From the human T2T-CHM13v2.0 reference genome, Homo sapiens, in assembly GCF_009914755.1 (NCBI RefSeq), contig NC_060940.1: 64,000 nt of DNA, one strand, 5' to 3'. Below the pieces are notes generated by a model. That model was not told the DNA's origin, did no database searches, and saw nothing but the letters and a program-made list of their open reading frames with translations. Numbering within the stretch: the stretch's first letter is position 1; every line of letters begins with the position of its first letter. Both the position numbers and the translations under genes were made by a program. Below, piece after piece: positions 1 through 20,525 of the stretch.

Positions 1-209
1 AGGCAGGCCTCCTTCCAGACCATATCCCACTGGCTGTCGTAGGAACCTCTCTAAAATTCAAATCTAATCGCATCATGCTGTGACCTACAATGATTTTCAT
101 AGCTTACAGATAAACTCCTTAGCTTAACCCTTAAGCTTCTTAACGTCCCATCTCTGTTTACTTTTCTTAGTTCACAACATACCATTCACCCAAATCATCC
201 TAATGGCAA

Positions 210-375
210 CCATTTATTGAGCTGCTGTTTATGTGCCAGGCATTGTGCTAGGTGCATTACTTCTCATTTAAGCCTCACAGCAACAGATGAGGAAATTGAG
301 GCTTAGAAAGGTTAGGAAACTTGCCCAAAGTAAGCGGCAGGGTCGGCTTCAAACTCAAGTCTGTTTTGACTCTCA
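210..375 (-). mobile_element. MIR fragment
   Basis: MIR core words atttattgag..tgtgccaggcattgtgctagg and acagatgaggaaattgaggcttaga..acttgcccaa. Confidence 0.7.
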
Positions 376-474
376 AGTTCAAACCCCTGAAGAAGACACC
401 AGCATGGTTTTAAAGCATGGACTGGGAGCACCTACATCAAAATCTCCTGGATACATGTTAAAATGCAGCTTCCT

Positions 475-779
475 GGCCGGGCGTGGTAGCTCAAGCCTGT
501 AATCCTAGCACATTAGGAGACCGACGGGGCTGGATTGCCTGAGCTCAGGAGTTCGAGACCAGCCTGGCCAACATGGTGAAACCCCATCTCTACTAAAATA
601 AAATTTAAACAAATTAGCCAGGCATGGCAGTGTGCACCTGTAGTCCCAGCTACTCAGGAGGCTGAGGCAGGAGAATCACTTGAACCTGGGAGGAGGAGGT
701 TGCACTGAGCCGAGATCATGCCATTGCCCTCCAGCCTGGGTGACAGAGTGAGACTCTTGTTTCAAAAAAAAAAAAAAAA
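475..779 (+). mobile_element. AluS inserted in a MER5-like fragment
   Basis: Full Alu with A-tail; TSD gcagcttcct on both sides. Confidence 0.9.
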
Positions 780-1317
780 GCAGCTTCCTTGGCTCCCCTT
801 CCTGCCCTGATGGGCCAGACTCCTTGGGGGTGAGTCTTTGAGTTCTGCATTTTAAACAAGCACTTCGGTACCACTGTTGTGTTGTGTACTTGGAGTCACA
901 CAAAACTATTCCTCCAGTGCACCATACTATTCCTCTCCATGCCTTTCCACAAGCTTTGTCTCTTCCTGGAACATCCCTACCTTCTCATTTATCTCTCTAG
1001 ACTCAGTCCACGTGGCCCCTCTTCTGGAAAGCCTTCTGTAATTCCTCAGGCCAATTTCAAAGCCCCTTCTTTCCTCTCCTCTAGGCTGTGGTTGAAGCCC
1101 TCTACAGCAATACTTTCACTTATCATAACCCCTGGTTTATCATTCATCCCCTCTCTGGAACATAAGCTCCTCTGCCCTGTTCATGTGGCTCTCCAGCAGC
1201 CTGGTACAACCTCCCACTATAGTATATGCCTGTCAAATGTTCGTCTGATTCACTCCCAGCGTCATCTTCCTGTTCCATCCCCTTCCAATAAGCTACTGTG
1301 GGTCAATGCTACATTTT

Positions 1318-1634
1318 TGTTGTTGGGTTTTTTTTTGTTTTTTGTTTTTGAGTCAGAGTCTGGCTCTGTCACCCAGGCTGCAGTGCAGTGGTGCGATCTC
1401 GGCTCACTGCAAGCTCCGCCTCCTGGATTCACGCCATTCTCCTGCCTCAGCGTCCTGAGTAGCTGGGACTACAGGTGCCCGCCACCACACCCGGCTAATT
1501 TTGTTTTTGTATTTTTAGTAGAGAGGGGGTTTCACCATGTTAGCCAGGATGGTCTCAATCTCCTGACCTTGTGATCTGCCTGCCTCGGCCTCCCAAAGTG
1601 CTGGGATTACAGGCGCGATCCACCGTGCCCGGCC
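1318..1634 (-). mobile_element. AluY-like
   Basis: Y diagnostics caagctccgcc and ttcacgccattctcc; TSD gtcaatgctacatttt. Confidence 0.88.
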
Positions 1635-2002
1635 ACCAGTCAATGCTACATTTTAATTGTTTCTATCAGGAACATGTTCAGCTGCAAATAGCAGAAAGCC
1701 CAACTCATAATGGCCTAAACAAAGATGGTTAATTATTCTCACATCCCAGAAGTTGAGGGGAGAGGGTTCACTTGTGGCACAGGGGCTCCACTCTGCCAAC
1801 AAGTTTCCGGGCTCCTTCTGCTCTGCCTCTCCTAAAATGTTGCCTTTGTTGTGTAAAACGAACAACAACTTTCACTTGTTCATAATGTTCATTTAATATG
1901 CATATAACATTAAATTCCCCTAATCAATTAATGCCATTTATAACCTTTGGTAATGGAAAGATTGTAAACATTTATACATTTAATATACCTGATTTAAAAA
2001 AA

Positions 2003-2305
2003 TTTTTTTTTAATTTTTATTTTTTTGAGACAGGCTGTCGCCCAGGCTGAAGTGCAGTGGCGTGATCGTGCTTACTACAGCCTCAACCTCCCAGGCTCAG
2101 GTGATCCTCCCACCTAAGCCTCCCAAGTAGCTGGGATTACAGGCGTGCGCCACCACACCCAGCTAATTTTTATATTTGTTGTAGAGACAGGGTTTCACTG
2201 TGTTGCCCAGGCTGCTCTTGAACTCCCGGGCTCCAACAATCTGCCCACCTTGGCTTCCCAAAATGTTAGGATTACAGGTGTGAGCCTGTAATCCATGCCT
2301 GGGCC
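2003..2305 (-). mobile_element. AluJ
   Basis: Antisense Alu with J-type cagcctcaacctcccaggctcaggtgatcctcccacc. Confidence 0.85.
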
Positions 2306-2698
2306 CCTGATTTTCTTAAGTATTTCTAATGCAGAACAGAGCAGATAAGCACACTTTTCTAAGCACTGAAGCAACTCTTGGAAATGGAATTAATTAAACT
2401 ATGGTAAATCAAGTTGTTTTAAGAGTCCAGTACTCTACAAACTTAAATTCTTTTATGCCTTTCAATGTAAAAGCATCAGTCTGTAATCATATTTCAGATT
2501 GAAACCACAGGGAAAACTGACATTCTCAAATATGTTAGATTCCCTTAAACTATTACAGAGGTTTTAAGTAACACATCAGATTGTCTTGAAGCTAAAGTAT
2601 TTTCCCATACTTCATACTTCTACATAATCATTTCAACTGTATGTCTTTTGTGATCATGTGATGAAGAAATTTATATTTTTTCCATCAAATTTAAGTGA

Positions 2699-3017
<319 letters not shown>

Positions 3018-3099
3018 GGAACTCCTGAGAGATTTCACTGGAAAAATATGATAGCAAGTAATAAAGAAATGCAAATAAAAGTAAAATACCATTTTTTTC

Positions 3100-3450
3100 T
3101 TTTACATGTGTTGAAAAACTTTTAATGTATAAGATTGATTATACTCTAGAGAAACAGGCAGTGTCACTATTGGGAGTACAAGTGACTGTAAACTTTTTGG
3201 AGAAAAGTTTGGCAATTTGGCCCAAATTTTAAGTTATTTTTTCCTTTGACAGAAAAAAATTCCACATCTAAGGATCCTACCAAAATACCTCTCTGTGGAT
3301 CAATGATTTATATAAAGATGTTCATTGAAACATTGTTTATAATAATAAAATAATGGAAACAACCTAAATGCCCATGAAGAGTACACTGGTTAAATAAATG
3401 TGGCACATCATGTATGTAGCAACATTGAAAGGAGTCTCATATTTAACACA
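3100..3450 (+). mobile_element. Old L1 (L1ME-like) 3' fragment
   Basis: L1M 3'-end words gatgttcattgaaacattgtttataata..ggaaacaacctaaatgccca..ggttaaataaatgtggcaca. Confidence 0.6.
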
Positions 3451-3653
3451 CAGAATGGTTCATAGCAGGTAATGGGCTTACAATAGATATAAATGAATGA
3501 ATAAGCCGTTAAAAGTAACTTACGATATGGTTGGTTCTGTTCATCCATTCGTTCATTCATTCAGCCAGTATTCTGTGGGGAAATAATGGTGAGACAACAG
3601 ATCCAGGCACTTCCCTTACCAAACATATAGCCTATTAGAAAAGATAGTCATTA

Positions 3654-4422
<769 letters not shown>

Positions 4423-4685
4423 CTATGCCATATCTAACAATGGTTGTAGGGTTGCAATAGGATTAGGTGTGACTTTTACACTCTACATAAGACATCCCTA
4501 TGTTATTTGACATTTTCTTTCAATAAGTATGTCTTGCTTTTGTAATCAGACAGAAGTATAAATGTATACATTTTAAACCCAAATAAACAATTCCACACTA
4601 TAGCAATGGTTCCCAAGGCAGCTGGGGAAGAAGGGTGAATTTACATGCTTGCCAGAGAGGAAAAAAATGGTAGAGCTTGGGCTGG

Positions 4686-5585
<900 letters not shown>

Positions 5586-5936
5586 GTTGGTATTGAGAAA
5601 TAAATTGCTTTTAACCTGCAACCTGACATTCTTGTCCCCAGCCTGATGCTTAGAAAGTTGAGAAGTGGAGGAAATGCTGTACTGTCTGATAGGTAGCTAG
5701 GTGATGAAATAAAACTTATGTCCATACGACTGTATGCCCTCAATACCGTCTTGCCCACAAATTAATTTTTCCTCATGACTGTAAGTGACTGTGCAATTGT
5801 CTTGACAACATTGACCTTTCCAGAAATATTTTTACCAGTCTTTGCTTTAGGGATATAACTAATACTGGCCATGAGCATTTTCTGTTCCTCTGTCAGTCAT
5901 GGTTGTTGCAACCCTGTAGAACTTACGTGGACTGTT

Positions 5937-7080
<1,144 letters not shown>

Positions 7081-7232
7081 TAAATGTTAACCTGTCATGG
7101 CCAGTTGTTTTTTCATTTCTGTACACCACCAGCCAAAATAAAATTTAAGAATGTTTTATTCAGGGAGAAGGAAATTACACCAGAAACTCTAGTGAAGTAT
7201 GGAATTGAGGATTTTTTTTCCCTTCCCTTTAG

Positions 7233-7297
7233 AGTATGAAGCTGAGCAGCCTCCCTTTCCAGAAGGATATAAAGTCAAACAGGAGCCTGTGATTACG
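7233..7297 (+). CDS. IQCK: IQCK internal coding exon (65 nt; (E)YEAEQPPFPEGYKVKQEPVIT)
   Basis: Pyrimidine tract ttttttttcccttccctttAG acceptor at 7231-7232 and donor ACG|GTGAGT at 7298. Enters in phase 1 and leaves in phase 0, in frame with the next exon. Peptide matches IQCK as I recall it. Confidence 0.93.
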
Positions 7298-7512
7298 GTG
7301 AGTATTACCTAGGCCTCAACCGAAGCAAGAAGCTCTTAAATGAGAATAGCATTGATGGCCTGTGAATGTCACACAGTGTCACTGAGTTCAGGAGGTGGGA
7401 AAGGGAAGGCACTGGAGCGAGAACCAGAAACTTGGGGCCAATCCCAGCTCTAATACTAACAGTTTGACTTAGAGGGCATCACATAACCTCTTTGAGCATT
7501 AGTTTCGGCGTT

Positions 7513-7526
7513 TGTCTGTCTATCTA

Positions 7527-7561
<35 letters not shown>

Positions 7562-7590
7562 TATCTTATCTATCTATCTACCTAATCTAT
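7513..7590. repeat. Compound (TCTG)n/(TCTA)n microsatellite in the tail of antisense Alu 7590-7828, inserted in a MIR
   Basis: Direct reading of the sequence. Confidence 0.85.
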
Positions 7591-8484
7591 TTTTTGAGAC
7601 AGGCTCTTGCCCTGTCGCCCAGGTTGGAGTGCAGTGGCACAATCTCAGCTTGCTGCAACCTTAGTAGCTGGGACTACAGGCACCCGCCACCGTGCTTGGG
7701 ATTTTTTGTCGAGACGGGGTTTCACCATGTTGTCCAGGCTGGTCTCATACTCCTGACTTCAAGTGATCTGCCTGCCTCAGTCTCCCAAAGTGTTGGGATT
7801 ACAGATGTGAGCCACTGCTCCCATCCAGGTTTCTGCATTTATTAAATGGGACAGATAATGCTTGACTAACTCACAGGGCTTCTGTGGGGCTCACATGAGA
7901 TCCTGGATGAGAAGAGCCTTTGCAGTGGATCTAACACCATGTCCATGTGAGGGACAGTTGCAGACAGACCAAGTTTCTCTGCATGACAGGGTAGACAAGA
8001 TGAAGACTGTGCTAAGGAGAGAGGGCTAAGGACAGGGCAGCCAGGAAGAGAGGCCCTCGTGAAGTCTACCTTGGAATTAGATAGGAGCTTAACGGAGTTT
8101 AAAATTTTTAAAAAGCAAGGCTCTGAGAGATGAAGGGACTTGAGCACGGTAACACGGATGGAATCAAAACCTGTTTCTCGACTTCTATTAACTTCCATCA
8201 CTGCAGCTGCCTCTGACAGAGACATTGTGTCTAAAAACTTTCTTGTTCTGTGATTGTTCCTTTTCTCCTAGCATCCTGTTCTTGCTTTATGGACGCAATT
8301 CTTTCTCAAATTTCTCTGCAGATACAAATCACAGTTCTCTTCCCTGAATTCTCTGTGCTTCTTCCAGGGTCAGCTGTTCTGACAATATATGTTGATCTTC
8401 GTCTCTTGTGCTATGATCTTCTTGACCCGTATAAAGAGATTTGATTGTTTATTAATGGTCTTCAGTGGATTTTTCTATATAGCT

Positions 8485-9085
8485 GGTATATTAGGGTTCT
8501 CCAGAGAGACAGAATCAGTAGGATACATATATGAGAGGGGATTTACTGGGGTAATTGGCTCACACGATTACGGAGGCTGAGAAGTCCTACATTAGGCTGT
8601 TTGCAAGCTGGAGAACCAGGGAAGCTGGTAGAGTGGCTCAGTCCAAATCCAAAAGCCTCAGAGCCAGGAAGAAACAACAGTGTAACTACCAGTCTGAGGG
8701 CCTCTGTTTATGATACATGGCAGGGTTACATGGAAATCTAGCTGGACTTAATTAGCCTCTGAGAGCCCCAGGGACCACTGGTGAGAGCCCTGGAGTCTCA
8801 AAGCCAGAGAACCTGGAGTTCTGAGGTCCAAGGGCAGGAGAAGAAGGGCGTCCTAGCTCCAGAAGAGAGCAAGAATTCAGCCTTCCTCAACGTTTTGTTC
8901 CTTCCAGGCCCTCAGCCAATCCAATGGTGCCTGCCCACATTGAGGATAGATCTCCACTCAGTCCACCAACATATACACCAGTCTCTTCCAGAAAACCCTT
9001 GCAGACATATCCAGACATAATGCTCTGCTAGTTACCTAGGTATCCCTTACTCCAGTCAAGTTGACACTGAAAATTAACCATCACA
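8485..9085 (-). mobile_element. MLT2 (ERVL) LTR
   Basis: Begins tattagggttctccagagagacagaa and ends gtcaagttgacactgaaaattaaccatcaca (reverse complement of the MLT2 5' end TGTGATGGTTAAT). Confidence 0.8.
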
Positions 9086-9285
9086 GTATCACGGCTGATG
9101 TGGCTTTCTTCTACTGCTGTACTTGTGGGTTTGTTTTCTGGATGGGTCTCTTCTATGAATAGCAAAACACTGACTGGGTGCTCATGAAGGGTGATTGTCC
9201 ACTGGCCGACTTTTCTTCAGGGTGAACAGGCAGAGAGTCGGTATTTTGGGATTGGGCGGTGGCGGCAGGAGGGTCTCTAAATCAA

Positions 9286-10225
<940 letters not shown>

Positions 10226-10500
10226 GTTTCTTGCTTCTTGAGTGAGGCTTCATCCCTGGTGTTTTGGATATGTTTACAAACGTCTCATCCACAGCTGGTC
10301 CTTCTTTTCTCTATCAGGGGTTTCTGCCTTGTCGTTTATAGGTGTCTCAGGAGGGAAGGGAGACAAAGATCTGTGCTCAGCGTACCCCCTTGAACCTTAA
10401 AGTCTGATGCAGAATTTTATTCCTTCATAAGGTTATACCAGAAAATGCAATTATTTAAGCTGTTTAAATGAATTGCCTCCCCTCCCCTGTCTGCCTCCAG

Positions 10501-10630
10501 GTTGCGCCAGTAGAGGAAATGCTTTTTCATGGCTTCAGTGCAGAGCACTATTTTCCGGTTTCCCATTTCACCATGATCTCACGTACACCCTGTCCTCAAG
10601 ATAAATCGGAAACAATCAACCCAAAAACAT
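10501..10630 (+). CDS. IQCK: IQCK coding exon (130 nt; VAPVEEMLFHGFSAEHYFPVSHFTMISRTPCPQDKSETINPKT+T)
   Basis: Acceptor cctcccctgtctgcctccAG (10499-10500), donor T|GTGAGT (10631). Stop-free, phase 0 to phase 1. Confidence 0.95.
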
Positions 10631-10896
10631 GTGAGTAAGAGAGATGCCATCTTTTATAATTTGGGGCTTTTAACATTGCAGAACCACAGGGTGGGTATGG
10701 AGGCGGACAGATGGACCTCAGGGAGACCACATACATAAGAAAGAATGTGTTCTTGTTTTATTTTTAAGAGACATGTCCTTTATTTCACTGATTTATCTTT
10801 AAGGTTAAAAATGTAATAAAGATAATAAGTAACAAAAAGCATACTTTGATTTTACATTAAATAAAAAGTAGGAAAAGAGAACAGTAAACACATGTA

Positions 10897-11715
<819 letters not shown>

Positions 11716-12155
11716 CTACTGGTTTGTTCTGTGCCTTCTGCATGCCTTGGGCCTTGGCTAACGACTGCCTTTATTACTGTGACCCTAAGCCCTTACCCAT
11801 TATACTCTGACTCCCAATTCCTCTCTGCTCCCATTTCCTACCACACTCCCCTTGTTTTTGTCCCTCCGGCCACACTGGGCCCCTTGCTATTCCTGCTTTG
11901 GGGCCATAACAAGCTGGTGGACCTGGCCTTATGTAGGATACTTCCTACATCTTCACCAGACTATAGAGGCTCAGAGGGACATTTTAAGTTACTTTAGTTA
12001 TACAGCCCAGCTCTGTAGTCTGGAGCAAAATATAACATCTAAGATCATGTGATTGAATGGACAGTACCTTTTTCTGGCTCAAAAGTAAACATTTCTCCCA
12101 GATTGGCTCGGGCCACTGGGGATTTGCAGGGGGAATTTTTGTTTGTTTGTTTTAG

Positions 12156-12253
12156 GTTCTCCCAAAGAATATTTGGAAACTTTCATCTTTCCTGTTCTGC
12201 TTCCCGGAATGGCTAGCCTGCTTCACCAAGCGAAGAAAGAAAAATGTTTTGAG
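12156..12253 (+). CDS. IQCK: IQCK coding exon (98 nt; (C)SPKEYLETFIFPVLLPGMASLLHQAKKEKCFE), first half of a Dpy-30/RIIa-like dimerisation-docking motif
   Basis: Acceptor tttgtttgtttgttttAG (12154-12155), donor GAG|GTCAGT (12254). The T+GT junction gives Cys. Same frame as ORF 12143..12418. The YLxxxIxPxLLxGM pattern resembles Dpy-30-type D/D helices. Confidence 0.95.
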
Positions 12254-12340
12254 GTCAGTTGTTTGGCAGGATTTCTTTATTTTGAGATTCTCAATCATTC
12301 ATTATTATCAGATGATAGCTCATTATCTTGGTACCATCAG

Positions 12341-12418
12341 GTTGTTCTCCAGATGACCCCTTCGGGAGGGAAAGCCTGTGTTTGGGGTCACTTACCCAGT
12401 TCCAGCCACACCATCTAG
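12341..12418 (+). CDS. IQCK: Putative IQCK alternative terminal exon or intron read-through (VVLQMTPSGGKACVWGHLPSSSHTI*)
   Basis: An 87-nt GT..AG mini-intron (12254-12340) is stop-free and a multiple of 3. Stop TAG ends at 12418, with ATTAAA at 12569-12574. I recall a short IQCK isoform with this C-terminus but cannot verify it. Confidence 0.55.
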   Translation, partial: VVLQMTPSGGKACVWGHLPSSSHTI

Positions 12419-12568
12419 TTGTGCACATACATGCGCTGCCATCTGTCTGGCCACTTGGACTCCGGAGAGCTTTTCCGCCTTGCTTGGCCTCCTGCCTGCC
12501 CTTCTCCTGTGCAGTTTGGCATCCACCAGGTTTCTTGGGTCTTCAGCTTCTGTTTATTACATGCACTG

Positions 12569-12574
12569 ATTAAA
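12569..12574 (+). terminator. Candidate intronic polyadenylation signal ATTAAA
   Basis: Lies ~150 nt after the stop of the putative alternative last exon, just before a sense AluJ. Confidence 0.35.
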
Positions 12575-12583
12575 GCTCTCCTT

Positions 12584-12877
12584 GGCCGGGCACGGTGGCC
12601 CATGCCTATAATCCCAGCACTTTGGGAAGCTGAGGTGGGAGGATCACTTGATGCCAGGAGCTCAAGACCACTGGGCAACATAGTGAGACCCCCATCTCTA
12701 AAAAAAATTTTTTTTTAAATTAGCTAGGTGTGGTGGCGCATACCTGTAGCCTCAGCTACTCAAGAGGCTGAGGCAGGAAGGCCCCTTGAGGCCCAAAGTT
12801 TGAGGTTGCAGTGATCCATGATCACGTCACTGCACTCCAGCCTGGGCAATAGCAAGACCCTCAACTCAAAAAAAAAA
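12584..12877 (+). mobile_element. AluJ
   Basis: Full-length sense Alu with J-type diagnostics. Confidence 0.87.
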
Positions 12878-13063
12878 TCCCACAGAACTCTGCTTACTTC
12901 TTACTTGGCTCTAGATTGATTGTTCCCCCTGGCATCTCTCTACTCCATGCCAACTGTCATGAATGTAAACTGCTCGCAGAGAGTCTTGGAACACAGTAAG
13001 TGCTCAGTAAATAACATTAACATCACACTGCAGAGAATCAGCTTCTCTGCAGGGAAGTTTTAG

Positions 13064-13255
<192 letters not shown>

Positions 13256-13655
13256 TAGATACTGGGCAAAAACTCAGTGAACTCGGTAGAAACCGAGTTC
13301 CGATGCTGGCCTACACCCACGCGGATACCCTTAGAGGCTCCCTCTTTTCCGTAGTTCACGGGATACTTTGGGTGTATGTGTTCCCTGCACAGTTTTGAAT
13401 TCTAGAATTTTGGATGATCCAGATGAAGAGAGTAAAATTACAACATTTATTATTGACCAGGCACTCGCTCTGTGCCAGGCACTTTGCTGAGTGCTGCATC
13501 TTCCATTATTGCAGTTGCTCTCCCCAGCCATGTGAGCTTCCTTCTATTATTATTATCTGCACTCTGCAGAGGAGAAAATGGAGGGACACAGAGGCCTGAA
13601 ATGTGATCAAGGGTGAATGGCAGAGTTAGGACTCAAATCCAGATTAAATGATTCA

Positions 13656-13981
<326 letters not shown>

Positions 13982-15269
13982 CTAAAAAAGTCGGCAGTAA
14001 TTACAGTGTAAACCCCAATGAGGTTGACACATCCTAGGGTCTATAAAATTATCCATAGTTAATGATATCACCCAACTAGTTGCCCTTCAGCACAGGGTCC
14101 CCATCTGAGAACTGCCTACTGCCGTGCTGGTACTTCTATATACTGAGGAAATAAGGTTTTCCCATGTTCTAGCAAATACCCGATGTTTCCTCAGCAATGC
14201 CTTCACAGTATCCTGCCCCACTTGCCTCTTAATCACTCCATATTATACCTCCCCCTAATTGCCTGCCACTTAATTTGCTCAGCATAACATTCCTTTGACA
14301 GGCGTCACCATGACAGTTGTGTCTTTACTTGAGGCAGAAATGGATGATGAGACATTGATCAGAATTTGGGTAGCACGCTTAGGAAGGAAGAATTTGGGAT
14401 ACACCTCTGGGCCGTGGTTCACCATTTGACAACAGTAGATCCACATAACGAAGTCACTAGCCCTCAGCCTAGCTTTCAAGGCTCTGCCTAGTTCATGTGT
14501 TCATTGGTTCCTTCCTTCCTTTCTCCCTCCGTCTCTCCCCCGCAGTGCTCCCCTTCCCGATGGTACCCTCCACCCAAGCAGAACCACTCGAAGTTCGCTG
14601 CACCAACCCCCACCTCACGGCCTCTGTGCATCTGCTTCTGCTTTTTTTAGAAAAAAAATCCCTGAGCTCCTCTTCTCTGCATATTTAACTTCTACTTGTT
14701 TTTCCAAACTCAGCTCCATAACTTCTCTCTGAAGCTTCCAGTTCCCTGCTGGGCTCAAACTAGAAGTAATTGATCCCAACTCTCAGATTTCAGAGTATTT
14801 CATCTGTTCCTCATTTTATGGCAAATTAAGACATCCTTAATTAAGACATTCTTAGCCCACATATACTTAATTTTATGCATGTCTGTCTCCCCCTGTATTT
14901 TAAGTTCCTTGGGGACAGATTCTCTGATTTATTTTTATATCTTTAGTCAATGCTACCCAATGCCTAGCACATGGTGAACATAGAGTTGGCCCTTGATAAA
15001 TATTAAATAAGTGAATGCATGATTATACACCAGGGAATGTCACTATTACTATGTCTTTGACCAAAACCCAGCTTCCTTCTATCTGGGAAGGCTGTTCTAT
15101 TGGACTCATCCCTGGAGAAATTCCCTGGAGGGGTGAGGAAAGAAGATATGCTTCTATTTCATGAGTTTAGTTGATGGAGGAGAACAGTGAGGGGCAAATG
15201 ACACAGTCTGACCCCCCCCACCTCATATATTAATTATGCAAATAATTAGTAAATTGGGCCTTGATTTAT

Positions 15270-15520
15270 AGCGCAGCAGTTAAGAGCAACACTTGAGTCA
15301 AAGTTACCTGATTTTGAAGTCCACCTCCATCCCAGCTGGCAGCATAGCCCAGGACAAGTCATTTCATCTTTCTGAGCCATTATCACTTCCTTCCATGTAA
15401 AATGAGGCTGATCATAGCACCTGCTCATGGGATTATTATGCCGATGAAATGAGGTAGCTCATGTAAAGTACTTAGGCCAGTCCCTGGAACCTAGGAAGAA
15501 CTCAATACATGTTAACTTAT
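15270..15520 (+). mobile_element. MIR
   Basis: gcagttaagagc..ggacaagtcattt..tgagcc..tgtaaaatgagg..gggattatt..atgaaatgag..atgtaaagtactt. Confidence 0.7.
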
Positions 15521-16253
15521 TTATCTCAGTGATACAGTGGTACAGGTACTTCCCAGATATTGTGGGTTACACCTGCTACCTGAGTGGTGTCACTCTTGTT
15601 CCTTCGCCATCTAGAGTCCTTATTCAGGACTTGGTCCCAGTTCCCAGAAAAACCATCCAATTCCACAGTGATCTCGCAAGGAGGGTTTGTTTTATGGGTT
15701 CTCTCATGGGAAGGTGGGGAAGAGGGTTGTGTTGGCACTTATCAAGCAATACTTCGTTAGTCCTCTCTGGAAGCATTTCTCACCCTCTGGGAACCCCCTC
15801 CCCATGCTCCCTCTGCAGACCCCTTTTGGATCCTGAACAATTCAGCTGTGGCTCTCAGCTTGCATGGCCCACTCAGCAAGGCCAAGCCCAGCATGCAGCT
15901 TTCCCTCCTCTCTTAAATGCAATTCAGCTATCATGTAGCCCTTGCAGGTGGAACTGGGGGTGGGGGCTTCACATCTCTCACCCCAACAAAGACACAGTTG
16001 TAAGGTTTTCCTCATATTGCTTTGTCAGAAATCCTAGTTTTGACACATAGGCCTGGTGAATTCAAATCTGGGGACCTCAGTCCCCACTCTTTCTCCTGAT
16101 GTGCTACTACAGTCATGGTTGTCATATTGAACCTGGGAAGACCATAATGATCAGATCCCTTATTTTCACTAACAAGAGAGGGCACTCTGCTGATGAGAAC
16201 TGTAAACAAAAAAGCTGGTAAAATAAAGTCAATGATTCAGGTACTGATGATTA

Positions 16254-20231
<3,978 letters not shown>

Positions 20232-20289
20232 TCATTCACAGACAATGGAGAGCCAGAGAGTAGAGCAAGAGGCTAGGATTCAAGAATAG

Positions 20290-20525
20290 TAGTTGTCAGC
20301 ACTTTTTGAGCCTTGCTTTGTGCCAGATGTCATTCTAAGCACTTTACCTGCAGTCACTCATTTAATCCTCCCAACAATCTTTGGAGGTGGATGCTATTAT
20401 CATCATCTTATGGATCAGGGCTGTACAGCACCAGGGCTAACCAAGAAGCTTAAGTTCACAGCTAGAAAGTGGCAGAGCCAAGACTCAAACCAAGAATTGT
20501 TCCAGAGTCTAAGAGTTTGACCACT
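20290..20525 (-). mobile_element. MIR
   Basis: tgtgccaga..ttctaagcactttac..ctcatttaatcctcccaacaa..agtggcagagccaagactcaaacc. Confidence 0.7.

Noticed and set aside
879-1574. 231-aa ORF, the longest in the track; similarly 19635-20219, 56756-57421 and 58479-59012
   Set aside because: Largely translated antisense Alu ([23 protein letters not shown] words) plus low-complexity flank. No gene-like splice structure or recognisable domain.
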